In this document: piece by piece, positions 63,853 through 64,000 of the stretch
Position numbering within the stretch: position 1 is the first letter of the stretch
Layout: every line of letters begins with the position of its first letter
Origin: Bacillota bacterium
GTDB taxonomy: Bacteria > Bacillota > Limnochordia > DTU087 > JAAYGB01
Length of the DNA: 64,000 bases
NCBI GenBank assembly: GCA_012727955.1
Contig: JAAYGB010000008.1
Span: 2,111 to 66,110 of the forward strand
Reading direction: 5' to 3'
Notes under the pieces: model-generated
Seen by the model: only the letters and a program-made list of their open reading frames with translations
Databases searched by the model: none
Told to the model about the DNA's origin: nothing
Translations under genes and position numbers: made by a program

Positions 63853-64000
63853 TCAACTCCTGTTGGCCTTGTACCACTTTCCATCGTGACCCACCTTATT
63901 CATACCTTGCAGCTCCAATTCTGCCAGGACCACCGGCAGGCCATCGAGAGGCAGCTGAGTGCAGCGCTGCAGATCCTCCACGGGCAAAGGATGAGGCCAG
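63853..64000 (-). CDS. dprA: DNA-processing protein DprA (Smf), C-terminal end (gene runs off the window end)
   Basis: Absent from the ORF track. My minus-strand translation is ...WPHPLPVEDLQRCTQLPLDGLPVVLAELELQGMNKVGHDGKWYKANRS*, with the stop TGA at 63855-63853. This matches the DprA C-terminal winged-helix pattern (L..LEL.G.....G..Y), and the position upstream of topA fits. Confidence 0.7.
   Translation of the reverse strand, partial: WPHPLPVEDLQRCTQLPLDGLPVVLAELELQGMNKVGHDGKWYKANRS

Noticed and set aside
1-64000. A search for CRISPR repeats, tRNA or rRNA genes, IS elements, integrases, and toxin-antitoxin or defence-type genes.
   Set aside because: No regularly spaced direct repeats are present, and no tRNA-like GTTCGAATC/T-loop context appears in any spacer. 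No transposase-like or recombinase-like translation is present. Every spacer longer than 100 nt is accounted for by promoter, leader or terminator elements.

Overview
This window is almost entirely one co-directional, minus-strand block of core Firmicute-type housekeeping genes. Only four genes, at 4040-7208, are on the plus strand. I found no rRNA, tRNA, CRISPR array, IS element, integrase or phage-like gene. Read in the direction of transcription (high to low coordinates), the order is: dprA (3' end)-smg-topA-hslV-hslU, with a strong terminator. Next comes a ~23 kb flagellar operon: flgB-flgC-fliE-fliF-fliG-fliH-fliI-fliJ-(YlxF/MotE-like)-fliK-flgD-(TIGR02530-like)-flgE-motA-motB-fliL-(one FliM/FliY-like switch gene)-fliO-fliP-fliQ-fliR-flhB-flhA-flhF-flhG-fliA(sigD). 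Then rpsB-tsf, then pyrH-frr-(76-aa ORF)-uppS-cdsA-(AI-2E permease)-dxr-rseP-ispG-proS-(small GT2)-polC. Then rimP-nusA-ylxR-ylxQ-infB-rbfA-nrnA-truB-ribF, then rpsO, pnp and a DUF3866 gene. After that is a divergent redox module: a type-II NADH dehydrogenase with a fused C-terminal membrane domain faces an ApbE lipoprotein, a NusG-II protein, a Gx/Hpre_diP_synt_I membrane protein and a polyprenyl synthase. The window ends with Nif3 and mraZ-rsmH (5' end). The order closely mirrors the Bacillus subtilis dprA...pnpA region, so the deviations are the interesting part. (1) The PolC-type replicase reads straight through the point where the 3'-5' exonuclease domain is normally inserted. (2) The NDH-2/ApbE/NusG-II/Gx/polyprenyl-synthase cluster resembles a partial flavin-based extracellular electron transfer (FLEET) locus. 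(3) The flagellar operon has a single switch gene in place of fliM+fliY, without room for a CheY-binding N-terminus, and has no che genes. (4) smg (DUF494) lies between dprA and topA, while trmFO, xerC and codY are absent. All calls rest on reading the ORF translations and the DNA by eye. No database search was possible. I moved several start codons inward from the maximal ORF where a Shine-Dalgarno sequence and a family-typical N-terminus agree.
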